Source of the DNA: Candidatus Levyibacteriota bacterium
Lineage (GTDB): Bacteria; Patescibacteriota; Microgenomatia; Levybacterales; UBA12049
Assembly (NCBI GenBank): GCA_963716145.1
Contig: OY970292.1
Coordinates: 822,528-886,527 of the forward strand
Length of the DNA: 64,000 nt
Direction of reading: 5' to 3'
Position numbers and translations under genes: made by a program. Positions 9,539-20,476 of the stretch are shown here, in pieces. Below the pieces are notes generated by a model, which was given only the letters and a program-made list of their open reading frames with translations, was not told the origin of the DNA and did not search any database. Numbering within the stretch: the stretch's first letter is position 1; the number at the start of each line of letters is the position of its first letter.

Positions 9539-10581
9539 AGTTTGGAAACAAGATTTAGTATCTTAAAATTCCATCCAACCCGATGTGTGTTGCCGGTGCG
9601 ACCCAGGACATTTTTTCTATTTTGTTTATACCACAGGTAGCTTTCCAGGAACAAATCCTGATTGGATTTTTTTGGAGCCCACTTTAGTAATTTTCTGGCT
9701 TTTTCGATTGAAACATAAGAGTCAACAGGCATAGTTTTGTAATGCCAGGCTGCAATTGGCGAGAGGTTAAGCACCTCAAGTATTTGGAGAATAAGTTGAG
9801 AAGGCAGGGTTGGAAGGGAGGTAATTTTTGATTTTGATTTTGCATGTTTTATAACGTGCCCCAAGTCAGATCTCCAAGTCCCAAATCTTTCAGCGCCAAT
9901 ATTAAAGATCTCACCACTTACTCGGGTTGTCAGCGCTTTTTCTATAGCTGACACAACATCTGTGACAGCAAGCAATTGGTATTTATTGTTTCCAGGGCCC
10001 AAAATAAACACCCGTTTATTGTTGAAAATCGCCTCAAACCATAATTCAAAAACTCCAAGCCGCTCAGTTCCCAAAAAAGTCTTCGGACGAATAACGTTTA
10101 CCTGAAGGCCCTTTTTTTGATATTCCATACATAGTTTTTCCCCTTCGATTTTTGAAATTCCGTAATTTCCTATCGGGTCAAGAGGGGCGGTTTCTGTCTC
10201 AGGAAGATGCTTTGGTACGCCGTAAACTGCGGTTGAGGAGATAAAAACAAGACGCTTTACTTTATTTTTAAGCGCTGAGGCTAGAACATTTTTTGTACCT
10301 TCAATATTTACGCTAAATATCACTTTCTTATCAACCTGAATAGGAAGCGCTGCTGCCGCGTGAACTACATAATTTTGGCCGACTAAAGCCTTATCAACTG
10401 TTTTAATATTCCGTATATCACCAATTATAACTTTCACCTTACCAATTAAATCTTTTGCGTCCAAGTCTGCCAAGTCAAAAAGCGTAACATTGTAGTTTTT
10501 CTTGAGAAGAAATCTTGCCAGATGTACTCCCAAAAAACCGGTTCCGCCTGTAATGAGCACCTTTTTTACCATAGAATACAT
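9535..10581 (-). CDS. NAD-dependent epimerase/dehydratase (SDR family; UDP-sugar 4-epimerase-like)
   Basis: 348 aa; N-terminal Rossmann motif VLITGGTGFLGVHL; 4-nt overlap with the upstream GT gene. Confidence 0.8.
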   Translation of the reverse strand: MYSMVKKVLITGGTGFLGVHLARFLLKKNYNVTLFDLADLDAKDLIGKVKVIIGDIRNIKTVDKALVGQNYVVHAAAALPIQVDKKVIFSVNIEGTKNVLASALKNKVKRLVFISSTAVYGVPKHLPETETAPLDPIGNYGISKIEGEKLCMEYQKKGLQVNVIRPKTFLGTERLGVFELWFEAIFNNKRVFILGPGNNKYQLLAVTDVVSAIEKALTTRVSGEIFNIGAERFGTWRSDLGHVIKHAKSKSKITSLPTLPSQLILQILEVLNLSPIAAWHYKTMPVDSYVSIEKARKLLKWAPKKSNQDLFLESYLWYKQNRKNVLGRTGNTHRVGWNFKILNLVSKL

Positions 10582-10590
10582 TCTACTATG

Positions 10591-12285
10591 TCAGCGTGTT
10601 TTTTGAAAGATCATGATTTTTGGGTGATCAAAGACTGTGAAATTCTCATCAGCCGACTGATCGACAAGCGGAGTGTTGAGAATCGGGGTAGTTGGGAAAG
10701 ATGTAAATTCGGCAACTTTTTGGAAACCTAATTCTCCCGAAAATAATTTTTTGTAATAATTCGCTGTTTGCGGGTAGCATCTAAATGTGGGCAAGCGTTG
10801 GCAATCGGTTAATTTTTGAAGAGGCGTATATAGTCTGTTTGAGGCAATAACTATATAGTCGGTTTGAGCAAGCTGGTTATTTATTTCATTCCACTTTTCC
10901 TTTGTGTCAGGGTCGTAAAGTTTTAGAACTTGAGTGTTAAATTTTGGCGGTTGTCCCATTGGAAGCTGATCATCCCAATGCTCAACTGCCAGTGTTTTAT
11001 TTGTCGGAATATTATTGTAGATCCAGTTAGATGCGACAAGTCGTGTGTTGGGTTTTGTGTAAATCCGTATAAAGCTGATTGGCCAGATTAGGCAGGAAGT
11101 AAGAAGTAAGAAGTAAGAAGTAAGAATAATAGGTTTTAATTTGATTTTTTCCATAAATTTATAAACCATTACAGCTGCAAAAAGGGCAAAAAGAGGGTAT
11201 ACAGGAAGCATATAGCGCATAAATCCAACAGCAAATTTCCCAACTATAGAAACGTATATACAGAAAAAAACCAATATAATTAATTCTTTCCCAATTTGGG
11301 AAGACTTTTCTTTTTTGAAGATTAAATAAGTAAAATAAATAAATCCTAAAAACGCAAGTGCTGCAATTAAGGGGCCTAGTCCCCAAAGAAAAATATTTTT
11401 GAACTCATAGACATAAGGGATTTTACCTACAAATTGAAGCGTATACGGAAAGAAAAAAGGATTAATTGTGAGCGCAGATTGTTGAACAGTTTGCTGCCAA
11501 AAAGTGTCAAAATCAATCGCTGCATAAGGTTCCATAAACACAAACGTAAGCAGAGTGGATAGTCCTATTACAAATGCGTATTCCAGCAGATGCCTAATGG
11601 ATTTTGGCAAATGAGGTAGCCAGTGTTTAGGTCTATGCGGATTTTTTAAAAATATCAGAATAAAATCAGAAGTTAGCGCCAGGCCTATTGAAGCTAGCAA
11701 AACGCTTGCGCTTATTTTTGTGGCAAGCGCGAGACCAAAGAATAAGCCTATGACAACTGCGGTTTTAAGAGTGGGTTTTTCATAAAACCTGAGTAGGTTA
11801 TAGAGGGTTGCAAGGATAAAACAGGTTAAAAGTGTATCTACCGCATAGAAATGGGAAAGCTGAATTGGTAGAACGCTAACCGCGTAAAAAAATGCGCTTA
11901 TCAGGCCTACTGAGGAATTAAAAAGTTTACGGGCGATTTTAAAAAGTAGAATAATCGTAATAAGATCTGCAAAAGCAGATAAAACCCTTCCTAAAAGATT
12001 GATATTGCCATATTGTCCAAGAAATGGGTCGAAGACTGCCAGAGTGTTTCCTGTGACCCTTAAGAGGTACATGGGAAAGGATCCATAAGCAAAAAAATGC
12101 GGGTTCCAAGAGCTTTGGGGAGACAAGAATTCGGAAACACTAGTTGGAAATTTCAATTTATCAATTGTTGCGGTAATTGCCCGCTCATCCGGGTGCAAAT
12201 GAAATCCCTGGTCCCAATTAACATTATAAAGCCTAAGAAATGCAGCAAAAATAATAATGATGAATAAAATAATTTTAGTTTTCAT
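10591..12285 (-). CDS. GT-C fold membrane glycosyltransferase, ArnT/PMT-like (paralog A)
   Basis: 564 aa polytopic; first loop LRLYNVNWDQGFHLHPDERAI matches the D/E loop motif of lipid-carrier-dependent GTs; C-terminal soluble domain; (GAAGTAA)x4 in frame. Confidence 0.55.
   Translation of the reverse strand: MKTKIILFIIIIFAAFLRLYNVNWDQGFHLHPDERAITATIDKLKFPTSVSEFLSPQSSWNPHFFAYGSFPMYLLRVTGNTLAVFDPFLGQYGNINLLGRVLSAFADLITIILLFKIARKLFNSSVGLISAFFYAVSVLPIQLSHFYAVDTLLTCFILATLYNLLRFYEKPTLKTAVVIGLFFGLALATKISASVLLASIGLALTSDFILIFLKNPHRPKHWLPHLPKSIRHLLEYAFVIGLSTLLTFVFMEPYAAIDFDTFWQQTVQQSALTINPFFFPYTLQFVGKIPYVYEFKNIFLWGLGPLIAALAFLGFIYFTYLIFKKEKSSQIGKELIILVFFCIYVSIVGKFAVGFMRYMLPVYPLFALFAAVMVYKFMEKIKLKPIILTSYFLLLTSCLIWPISFIRIYTKPNTRLVASNWIYNNIPTNKTLAVEHWDDQLPMGQPPKFNTQVLKLYDPDTKEKWNEINNQLAQTDYIVIASNRLYTPLQKLTDCQRLPTFRCYPQTANYYKKLFSGELGFQKVAEFTSFPTTPILNTPLVDQSADENFTVFDHPKIMIFQKTR
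11096..11123. repeat. (GAAGTAA)x4 heptanucleotide tandem repeat inside CDS 10591..12285
   Basis: ggaagtaagaagtaagaagtaagaagtaagaat; encodes LLTSYFLLLTS on the minus strand. Confidence 0.85.
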
Positions 12286-13847
12286 TTATTTGGTATTGTA
12301 TTAAATTCGGTTTTTGAAATCTCGTATTTTTTGATCAGGTCTTTGTTTTGAGCATTTCTCCTTGCAAAAATAATGTTATATGAGTCTGCAAATACTACTG
12401 ACCAGTCAGGATCTTTAACTTTATCGATTAAAAAAGCTTGTGCCCATGGCGTGTAATCATGATAAGCAAAGAAAATTGTGTTGAAATGATATTTTGCGTC
12501 CAGCTCTGCCCATTTTTTGGGATCTTGCTGCACCGCTTTATAGGCGTGCTCAAAAAAATCAGGAGTGTAGGCTTCCGGTCTATTGTCAACAAAAAGCTTT
12601 TGCGGATAAAGATGATAGATCAAATACCCGCCAATATCATAATTGTTAAAAATAGGCCCTGAAATATTATTTTTTTTATAAAATTCAGCTGCATTATTTA
12701 TATTTGGTAATAATCCAAATCCCAAGAGTGATCGATTAATTGAAAAAGTTTGAAATTGCTGAAACAGAAGAACGGTCATAATCACAAAGCCAACTGTAGC
12801 GAATGCTTGGAGATAAGACTTTGGCAAATTCTTAATGGAAATTTTATATATAATTTCGGAAAAAGCAGGAAGCGCAAAAAAAGCAAAACTTGGGAAATTG
12901 CGAATGCCCAGATAGGCCATTATCCCGGTTGTTAGTACTAGGATTAGTGCAGACAAATCTATTTTGCGCCAATTTTTAAAAGCAATGAATGCAAAACCGG
13001 CAAGAAGAAGTCCGGCAATAGTTTTAAAAAGCAGGAAGTGTTGCCCTGTTGTAAATCCGATATTCTCCAGAAAACTTATCGATTGGTTTTCTACTATTAA
13101 ATATCCATATTTGTTGAATATATGCAGCGGATATAAAAAGCCATTAGTAAAATTCGGATTTATTAATCCTGAAATTACACAACTTAGGGAAACATATAAA
13201 AGCTGTAAAAAATTGTTTGGCTGTTTCTTGGTAAATTTAATTAACTGTTCCAGACTGAAAGAAGCCAAAACCAGAAATCCAAAAACAAAACCAATATGCA
13301 AATTAATCCATACCAGCATTAGGATAGGTAAGGCATAGAGATACTTTTTTGATAAATTTTCAGCTCGTAAATTCCAAAGGATCCAAAGAAATACTCCGGT
13401 TAGAAAATAAGTAAATATCTCGGGACGTACTTCTGCGCGGGCTGACACCAGAGGTATTAAAGCAAAAGCAATGGTGGTAGCGATTAGGAAGTTACTGCTT
13501 TTTCTTGCAATATCCCAGAACAATAGCAAAGTTGCCACTCCTAAGAAAACATAAAAAATGGATAAACCTGTGAAGCCAAAAAACTGACTTAGTATATAAA
13601 ATACTACTCCTGATCCCCAGTGATGGTTTATAAATGTTTGATTAGGAAGTGTATATGAATAAAAGTTGGTATGCAGAAGTGCTGATTTAGCCTCGTTTGA
13701 TCCGTTGATAATAATATTGCCGTTTTGAATATGCCGACCTAAATCAGCAGTTGTTAAGTTTATTTTATGAGCCAAAAAAGTAACATACCAGGCAAGAAGT
13801 AGGAATAGAACAACTAATTTGATAAAAAACAATAACTTCGGGTTCAT
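12282..13847 (-). CDS. polytopic membrane protein with C-terminal soluble domain, probable GT-C-like glycosyltransferase
   Basis: 521 aa; more than 10 TM helices; sits between GT-C paralogs; 4-nt overlap with the downstream gene. Confidence 0.4.
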   Translation of the reverse strand: MNPKLLFFIKLVVLFLLLAWYVTFLAHKINLTTADLGRHIQNGNIIINGSNEAKSALLHTNFYSYTLPNQTFINHHWGSGVVFYILSQFFGFTGLSIFYVFLGVATLLLFWDIARKSSNFLIATTIAFALIPLVSARAEVRPEIFTYFLTGVFLWILWNLRAENLSKKYLYALPILMLVWINLHIGFVFGFLVLASFSLEQLIKFTKKQPNNFLQLLYVSLSCVISGLINPNFTNGFLYPLHIFNKYGYLIVENQSISFLENIGFTTGQHFLLFKTIAGLLLAGFAFIAFKNWRKIDLSALILVLTTGIMAYLGIRNFPSFAFFALPAFSEIIYKISIKNLPKSYLQAFATVGFVIMTVLLFQQFQTFSINRSLLGFGLLPNINNAAEFYKKNNISGPIFNNYDIGGYLIYHLYPQKLFVDNRPEAYTPDFFEHAYKAVQQDPKKWAELDAKYHFNTIFFAYHDYTPWAQAFLIDKVKDPDWSVVFADSYNIIFARRNAQNKDLIKKYEISKTEFNTIPNK

Positions 13848-13886
13848 TATGCAACTTCAGAAAGATATAAATATTTTAGCAGAAAC

Positions 13887-15587
13887 TTAGCGTAGTTTTT
13901 TGAAGATAAATACTGTCGGGCGTTCAAAAACGGAAGCTGTTTCTTCAAAGCTAAAAACAGGATTGCCAAGGTAAGTAATATTGCAAAAAATATCACAAGG
14001 CGTTTCATAGATTTTTTGATAACCTGCTGCTTCCTTGGTTAGCAAAGAATAAAAACCGTAACCTTTTGGAAATTTACTAGCATTTAGCAGCCGGGATCTT
14101 AAAAGTCGCTGGCTGGGAAGAATAATATAGTCGGATTGCGATAGCTTTGTGCTTAATTCTTTGTCCAAAGAAGCTCTTCCAGGATCAAGATCATAAAAAT
14201 TGAAATCATGGATGTTTAAGAGGTGAGAATTAAAAGGTATGATTCCCAGGTCATAAGGTTCAGTTAAAATTGTAGCTGATTGTGCAATATTATTTTGGGA
14301 AAATTTACTTGCCGCTATTCTAGTATCAGGTTGCACAAAAGCGGTTATGAAATAGGACATTGAAAATATTACGCTTGTAAGCGTAAAAATACTTAATACT
14401 AAATACTCGCCTCGCGCCAGCGTCGACGCCAGGCGCGGCGAAGCGGGCTTAATACTAAATACTTTCTTGAAACTCTGCAGAAAGTCTGAAACAAAAATAG
14501 AGACTATTAAATAAACAAAAGGTAGGGTGGGCACCATGTATCGTGTCCATTTCGCATATAGAAATGCCTGGGGGAGGAAAAGAAGTAAGAAGTAAGAAGT
14601 AAGAAGTAAGAATGGCTGATTCTTTGTTTTTATTGCTTTATAAACCAAATAGAAAAAAGCCGGGACCAAAACGGCTGTCAGTACTGGGTTTATGAGAAAG
14701 GGAAGAATATGTAGGAACTGAAAAATAACAGGAGGCGTGTTGTAAAAAGATTGAGTGTAGAAAACCGGCGTTATTCCTGCTACCAAACTTCTTTCATAAA
14801 ATAAGGCAGCTCTGAACTCAGGCGCCAGATAATTTGGTGAGAAAAGAGCTGTTAAAGAAATTAGAAGCAGCATTCCCAATATTGAGTGTTTTGATATTGG
14901 GAGTAAGTTGGATTTTTGTTTTTTTATACTTGTGAGCAATATGGCAACTGGGAAAATTGCTAAAATCAGAAGATTTATCTTGGCTGCAGCCCCTATCGCC
15001 AGAAATAAAATTGAAATGTAGTAATTGATAATTCTTTTTGTTCTCAAAAATCTTAGAATAAAATAAAAAACAGTTATCGCACAAAATGCTCCAAGCCCGT
15101 CATAGGTTCCAAAATGGGCTTGCTGGATCAACCCGGTTGAAAAAACGGAAAGAAATAAAGCAAGTAAAGCCACTTTTTGCGACCAAAACTTTCCGCAAAG
15201 ATAGATTACATAAATGGTAAGTATAGAAAACACAGCAGAAATAGTGCGTAGAATAATTGCAGTTTGTGCGAACGCATCCGTAAGCTTAAATACCTGAAAA
15301 GACAGCAGGAATAGCGGTTTTAGTAAAAGAGTGAGTATTACCGGAAAATTACCGTAGGCAAATGTTCCTTTCAAAAGCGTTTCGGGATTTGCCAAAGATG
15401 ATTTTAGAACAAGGTCCACGATATTCCGCTCATCAGGGTGAAAATAAAAAGGCGAACCCCAATTTAGATTATAAAAACGGAGAAACGCTCCAATCAAAAT
15501 AAGGGATGCTATCAAAAGTTTTACTTTATGTGTTTTTAACAAATGGGACACAATGTTAATTGTAATAGCTTTGGCCACCGTTGACAA
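13887..15587 (-). CDS. GT-C fold membrane glycosyltransferase, ArnT/PMT-like (paralog B)
   Basis: 566 aa; LRFYNLNWGSPFYFHPDERNIV loop motif as in 10591..12285; similar C-terminal end (..IFxKxR); (GAAGTAA)x4 in frame. Confidence 0.55.
   Translation of the reverse strand: MSTVAKAITINIVSHLLKTHKVKLLIASLILIGAFLRFYNLNWGSPFYFHPDERNIVDLVLKSSLANPETLLKGTFAYGNFPVILTLLLKPLFLLSFQVFKLTDAFAQTAIILRTISAVFSILTIYVIYLCGKFWSQKVALLALFLSVFSTGLIQQAHFGTYDGLGAFCAITVFYFILRFLRTKRIINYYISILFLAIGAAAKINLLILAIFPVAILLTSIKKQKSNLLPISKHSILGMLLLISLTALFSPNYLAPEFRAALFYERSLVAGITPVFYTQSFYNTPPVIFQFLHILPFLINPVLTAVLVPAFFYLVYKAIKTKNQPFLLLTSYFLLLFLPQAFLYAKWTRYMVPTLPFVYLIVSIFVSDFLQSFKKVFSIKPASPRLASTLARGEYLVLSIFTLTSVIFSMSYFITAFVQPDTRIAASKFSQNNIAQSATILTEPYDLGIIPFNSHLLNIHDFNFYDLDPGRASLDKELSTKLSQSDYIILPSQRLLRSRLLNASKFPKGYGFYSLLTKEAAGYQKIYETPCDIFCNITYLGNPVFSFEETASVFERPTVFIFKKLR
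14582..14609. repeat. (GAAGTAA)x4 heptanucleotide tandem repeat inside CDS 13887..15587
   Basis: gaagtaagaagtaagaagtaagaagtaagaatgg; encodes LLLTSYFLLL. Confidence 0.85.
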
Positions 15588-15609
15588 ATGGCTTATAGAA
15601 AAGTATAAT
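15581..15609 (+). promoter_or_regulatory. consensus sigma70-type promoter TTGACA-17-TATAAT; -10 ends 7 nt before ATG 15617 (leaderless transcript predicted)
   Basis: ttgacaaatggcttatagaaaagtataat read directly; -35 overlaps the first codons of the minus-strand GT gene. Confidence 0.5.
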
Positions 15610-15616
15610 CCTCTCC

Positions 15617-15934
15617 ATGACTATTGAAAGATCGACTGGCAATCATATGCACCATAATCCTGGTAGGGTTTTTCCAGAGGGATATCGCGATACAGAATTA
15701 AGGAGAGTAAGAGTTGATCAAGTAGTTATTGTCGATTTTAGGTCGCGACCAAAACCTGAAAATAGAGTAGTTGTGAAAGTTAAAGGAGCTAATGAAAAAG
15801 GCGGAGTTTTAGTTGAGCCGCTTGAGGAAACGGAACATTTAAACATAGGTAAACCAGGTAAAAAAATAGGTTTAAGCGGAAATACAAGAGTTTACGCTTC
15901 TTTTTCAACTCCATTACTGTCCGAAGCCCTTTAG
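15617..15934 (+). CDS. small hypothetical protein (105 aa) with atypical composition, or untranslated RNA
   Basis: ORF follows a perfect promoter; Arg/Val/Gly/Glu/Pro-rich unlike neighbours; lies in the 360-bp gap between two minus-strand genes. Confidence 0.3.
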   Translation: MTIERSTGNHMHHNPGRVFPEGYRDTELRRVRVDQVVIVDFRSRPKPENRVVVKVKGANEKGGVLVEPLEETEHLNIGKPGKKIGLSGNTRVYASFSTPLLSEAL

Positions 15935-15948
15935 TGCCTAAATAAATC

Positions 15949-17235
<1,287 letters not shown>

Positions 17236-17367
17236 ACTTTGATTGAAATCTATCTCTTCGGCGTAGTTTTGCGTATAGTTTGGCTTAGTTCTGCGTTTAA
17301 AGTTTATAACGCTAAACCACGCGGAATAAGACGCAGAACAATGCTAAAAAGCCTGCTTTCCCCTATG

Positions 17368-18765
17368 TCACAGCAGGAAGAAAAGCAAAGAGCCAATGCC
17401 AATTATAGTTCCTATTCCGATAAAACCAAAGAGCAAAGCAGAGCTTCCGCCTTGAGGGATTGGCGGAGTTGTGATTTGGGGCTCAGGAGATGTTGTTGCA
17501 GAAGGTGTTGAAACAATAGGAGTTGTAATGATGATAATTGGCGTAGGCACCTCTGTTGGAGGAGTTGTGGGTATTACTGTTACTGTTGGGACCGGAGTTG
17601 ATTGCGGCGTGGTTGGGGAAGGGGGCAGCGTTGGGGATATTGAAGGCTCCACAAATTGACTGCCCTCAGCGTAAACGGTAAATGATTGAGTAAGGGTTTT
17701 TATAATGCCTGATGCGTCCAAACTCTTGATGGTAAGAGTGTGCAGGCCGGGCGCGAGCTTGGTATCCGGACGGAATTTCCAGTTACCGCTACTGTCTGCC
17801 TGTACGGTTGTAGTTATCTCCTGCTCCGATTGAATGGTAATTTCAACGTCGTTTCCGGGGATGGCTTTCCCTTCAAAAAGCGGCTGCTGATCTTTAAATT
17901 CCTGCGAAGTCTTGGGAGTTAAAATTTGAGGACCAGATGATGATGTTAACACCTCAGGTGTCGGAAAGCTGGTGATCTGAGCGGATTCCGATGCAGATGA
18001 AGTCAGGGCATTGATGCTTACGCTAAAATCATAATCTTTCGAAAGAATTACAGGCGGGACGGGACTTGTTTGAGATGCAAGAACAGAAACCCGGGATTTA
18101 AGAGCCGGGTTGACAATTTGAATGCGAAGAACCGTATCAGCAGGCATCTCTAAAGCACTTGAGAGGTCTTTTTTGAGCATATCTTTAAGAGGCAGATTGT
18201 AGCTGCCATCCGGCTTGAGAAGGGTTGATAGGGTTTGAGAGTTATCGGATGACACATATGCAATTGCCTCAGTGGGCATACTGCCATCATCAAGACTGAC
18301 CTGCCCGTTTATTATTGTTTCTGTTGAATTACCGGCTTCGGTGCTTGCAGCAGTTATAATCTCGTAGGGTACGGAACTATCCGGAAAAACCTTATCCCCT
18401 GAAACTATCGAGAAAAAGTATTTTGTAGAAGATTTAAGCTTGGGGATTGTAACGTAATGAACTCGGTGAGGCACAGGAGAGCCTGAATCTCTTACGTCAA
18501 AAGCAACTTTACCCAAGTTTGCATCCTGGCCATAAGTAACACTTCCCGGAACACTCTCATCGGTAATATATGAGACAGTATAAGCAGTTGAGGAAATATT
18601 ACTTATTTGTAGATCCTTTGGGATATTGCCGACAGCTGCTTTGGTGCCCAACAATACGGCATTCCTGCTCAGCCAAAAAATAGCAGCAAGTGAGAAGAAC
18701 AGGACGATTAATCCCAAACCTCTTGGAAGGCGTTTGTTCAAAATGTTATTTCTTACGTGTGTCAT
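17368..18765 (-). CDS. cell-surface protein with N- and C-terminal TM anchors, Ig/FN3-like middle and Pro/Thr-rich stalk
   Basis: 465 aa; N-terminal LGLIVLFFSLAAIFWL; C-terminal PT-rich region then GGSSALLFGFIGIGTIIGIGSLLFFLL. Confidence 0.45.
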   Translation of the reverse strand: MTHVRNNILNKRLPRGLGLIVLFFSLAAIFWLSRNAVLLGTKAAVGNIPKDLQISNISSTAYTVSYITDESVPGSVTYGQDANLGKVAFDVRDSGSPVPHRVHYVTIPKLKSSTKYFFSIVSGDKVFPDSSVPYEIITAASTEAGNSTETIINGQVSLDDGSMPTEAIAYVSSDNSQTLSTLLKPDGSYNLPLKDMLKKDLSSALEMPADTVLRIQIVNPALKSRVSVLASQTSPVPPVILSKDYDFSVSINALTSSASESAQITSFPTPEVLTSSSGPQILTPKTSQEFKDQQPLFEGKAIPGNDVEITIQSEQEITTTVQADSSGNWKFRPDTKLAPGLHTLTIKSLDASGIIKTLTQSFTVYAEGSQFVEPSISPTLPPSPTTPQSTPVPTVTVIPTTPPTEVPTPIIIITTPIVSTPSATTSPEPQITTPPIPQGGSSALLFGFIGIGTIIGIGSLLFFLL

Positions 18766-19076
18766 TGTTCTGGGTTTTCTATAGATCCTGTTGGTATTGG
18801 CGTTTCTTGAGCAGTGGGTGGTTCTGGCGTAACAGCCGCGCTTGGAGATGCATTTGTCGCTTCATAAAGAGGAGAGATTTGTTCTCTTGTTTTAAGTTTT
18901 TGAATTATTTCCGTGTCAAATTTAGGATTAATCGGTACGATTTGCAGCTGTAGATCCGGTTCGATTGTTGATGTGACCTGAGCATGATAAAGATTAAAAC
19001 CAATCCATAGAACAACCAGTACAAAAGAGGAAATGGAAATATACAGAATGTCTTTTTGAGCTCTATTTTTTTTCAT
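18762..19076 (-). CDS. small membrane-anchored protein (PilP-like position in pilNO cluster)
   Basis: 104 aa; single N-terminal TM ILYISISSFVLVVLWIGF, Pro-rich C-terminus; overlaps the downstream gene by 4 nt. Confidence 0.35.
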   Translation of the reverse strand: MKKNRAQKDILYISISSFVLVVLWIGFNLYHAQVTSTIEPDLQLQIVPINPKFDTEIIQKLKTREQISPLYEATNASPSAAVTPEPPTAQETPIPTGSIENPEQ

Positions 19077-19078
19077 AA

Positions 19079-19692
19079 TTATTTTTTAAAATATCCCCGG
19101 CCGTGAATATCTAAAGTGAGAGTATTCAATTTTGGATCTTTATTTACGGAAAGAGAATCAATACTTGTAATCCGATTAAATTGCGTGAGAGATTTGGCAA
19201 AATTCATAAGGTCGGCGTATGAGCCTTGGGCTTGCAGGGAAAAAGCATAAGAAGATTCGCTCGCTGTTTTGCCGCCAATTAATTGGATATTTGAGACAGC
19301 TAAAGATGTTGTTTGAACATTTGTCTTTTTTGACAATGCGAAGATTTGTCCCATAAGTCCGGTGCCTGAGCAGTTTGAGGAATTGCCTCAAAGACAACAG
19401 GCAGTTCAGAGCTCAGCTGAGTATATTGCTGTTGAAGAGAGCTGAGATTATTAATTTTTGTCCCCAATTTTTCATGAACCAGTTGGCTATCGGCGAGCTG
19501 CTTTTTTAGTGTTACAATCGTTGAAAGCGTTGGGTTAATGGCAAAAATTCCAAAAAATGACATTGCTAAGAAAGTCAGGATAAGCGTTGTGATAATTCTT
19601 GTATTCTCCTCATGGAAATTAGGCAGAAGCTTCAGATATTCACGATATTTACTGGTTGACAGGTTTTCAAAGTAATTTTTTGGAATTTTCAT
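19079..19692 (-). CDS. PilO-like type IV pilus assembly protein, split into two overlapping frames (19300..19692 and 19079..19354)
   Basis: N-terminal part has TM plus coiled coil (typical PilO N-terminus); C-terminal 91-aa ORF in another frame overlaps by 55 nt; combined length about 200 aa fits PilO; break probably an indel. Confidence 0.4.
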
Positions 19693-19695
19693 AAA

Positions 19696-20244
19696 TTAAA
19701 TGGTACCTCCTTTTTTTACTTGAGCGGTAATATTCATGTAGATAAGAGCACTGCTGGTTTTGTTTTCGATAGCGCCAATATTTACAGAGTTTAGGCTCGG
19801 GTAGTTTTTTAGCTTTTGGACAAAAGTACTTAAAGCGTTACTGTTTGAGGCTTGAACTTCAATTTTGACACCTTTTTCTGAAACAAGGAGATTTCTAAAT
19901 GTAACAATTCCCCTTCCTGCTTCAATAATATCAGCAAAAACACCAGGGGTAATTCCGCCTGCTTGATCATACTTTTTGGCTAGGGCAAGTCTTGCCTGGA
20001 GATTGCGGGCGGTATCCTCGGTGCTTTTGAATTGGCTGACTATTGCGCTTTGATTTTTGATCAGGTCGTGCAAATCAGTGATCTTCATGTCCAGTGAAAA
20101 ACGGTAAAGAAATGTTCCAAGGGCAAGTGTTTCAGTGAGTATGATAAGAAGCCTGCCTATGGTAAGTGCCCAATCAAAAAATTGGTCAAAAAAACCTTCT
20201 CCTTTGTGAGGAATCAAATTTATAGATTTTTTCTTCTCTGCCAT
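19696..20244 (-). CDS. PilN-like type IV pilus assembly protein
   Basis: 182 aa; N-terminal KKSINLIPHK matches the INLLP signature of PilN, followed by a single TM and a periplasmic domain. Confidence 0.5.
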   Translation of the reverse strand: MAEKKKSINLIPHKGEGFFDQFFDWALTIGRLLIILTETLALGTFLYRFSLDMKITDLHDLIKNQSAIVSQFKSTEDTARNLQARLALAKKYDQAGGITPGVFADIIEAGRGIVTFRNLLVSEKGVKIEVQASNSNALSTFVQKLKNYPSLNSVNIGAIENKTSSALIYMNITAQVKKGGTI

Positions 20245-20476
20245 AGCAAAAATAACGCTGGTTCAGCGGCTACTTTTAGCATAGGCAAATGAGTAAGAAA
20301 TGTAAAGTATTTCTAGATTTATCTAGAAAAGTTTTTTCAAGTATGATATACTTGCTTTAATCTCAAAGCTTAAATCGCAAAGCGCAAAGCTACAGCGGAG
20401 AGTTTAAAGCTTAACAGTTTTGAATTTTGAACTGTAATTTTGAGTTTTGCCTTTTGAATTTTGAGTTTTATTTTAT

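Noticed and set aside
15617-15948. tmRNA / RNase P / SRP RNA downstream of the consensus promoter
   Set aside because: No T-loop (TTCGA-type tRNA-like end), no RNase P P4 or ACAGAA…GGCUUA motifs, and no SRP AGGUCCGGAAGGAAGCAGC core were found by eye. It is kept only as an unassigned small ORF or RNA
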